NCBI RefSeq assembly: GCF_009914755.1 | Contig: NC_060934.1 | From: the human T2T-CHM13v2.0 reference genome, Homo sapiens | DNA length: 64,000 nt | Strand: one strand, 5' to 3' | Shown here: one piece after another, positions 63,743 through 64,000 of the stretch | Layout of the letters: the number at the start of each line of letters is the position of its first letter | How positions within the stretch are numbered: the first letter of the stretch is position 1 | Program-made: the position numbers and the translations under genes | Notes under the pieces: model-generated | What the model saw: the letters and a program-made list of their open reading frames with translations, nothing else | What the model was told of the DNA's origin: nothing | Database searches by the model: none

Positions 63743-64000
63743 CTTTTTCTTTTTTTTGAGACCGAGTCTTGCTCTGTTGCCCAGGCCAGAGTGCAGTGGC
63801 ACAATCTCTGCTCACTGCAAGCTTTGCCTCCTGAGTTCATGCCATTCTCCTGCCTCAGCCTCCCAAGTAGCTGGGACTACAGGTGCCCGCCACCACGCCC
63901 AGCTAATTTTTTTTTTTGAGATGGAGTCTCGCTTGGTCGCCCAGGCTGGAGTGCAGTGGTGCAATCTCAGCTCATTGCAAGCTCCGCCTCCTGGGTTCAC
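63743..64000 (-). mobile_element. Antisense Alu(s), AluY-like, running off the window end
   Basis: Right arm at 63743-63908, followed by another right-arm start. Confidence 0.9.

Overview
Primate (almost certainly human) genomic DNA, dominated by interspersed repeats (old L1s, Alus, MaLR/ERV LTRs, MIR/L2, DNA transposons). The gene content matches the ANXA8/FAM25 segmental-duplication cassette of 10q11.22; this placement is from recognition, not alignment. Recognisable content: (1) a complete three-exon FAM25-family gene on the minus strand (CDS 54665->50279, 89 aa, with TATA box and polyA signal; the FAM25C paralog is my best guess); (2) an ANXA8-type first exon (MAWWKAW|gtaagt, 46605->46585) with no downstream annexin exons that I can find, so apparently an orphan promoter plus exon 1; (3) an unusual 5'-intact, 3'-truncated ATXN1L retrocopy with target-site duplications (TSDs), plus a 317-bp local copy of it; (4) an HNRNPA1 processed pseudogene with a twin-priming inversion; (5) a CpG island at about 41.6-42.2 kb. 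Several short templated duplications and fold-backs are also visible. I see no convincing wholly new biological system. The best candidate for something undescribed is the co-oriented minus-strand array FAM25 -> ATXN1L fragments -> orphan ANXA8 exon 1 -> CpG island, which could generate chimeric transcripts. Repeat subfamily names and most repeat boundaries are approximate, by eye.
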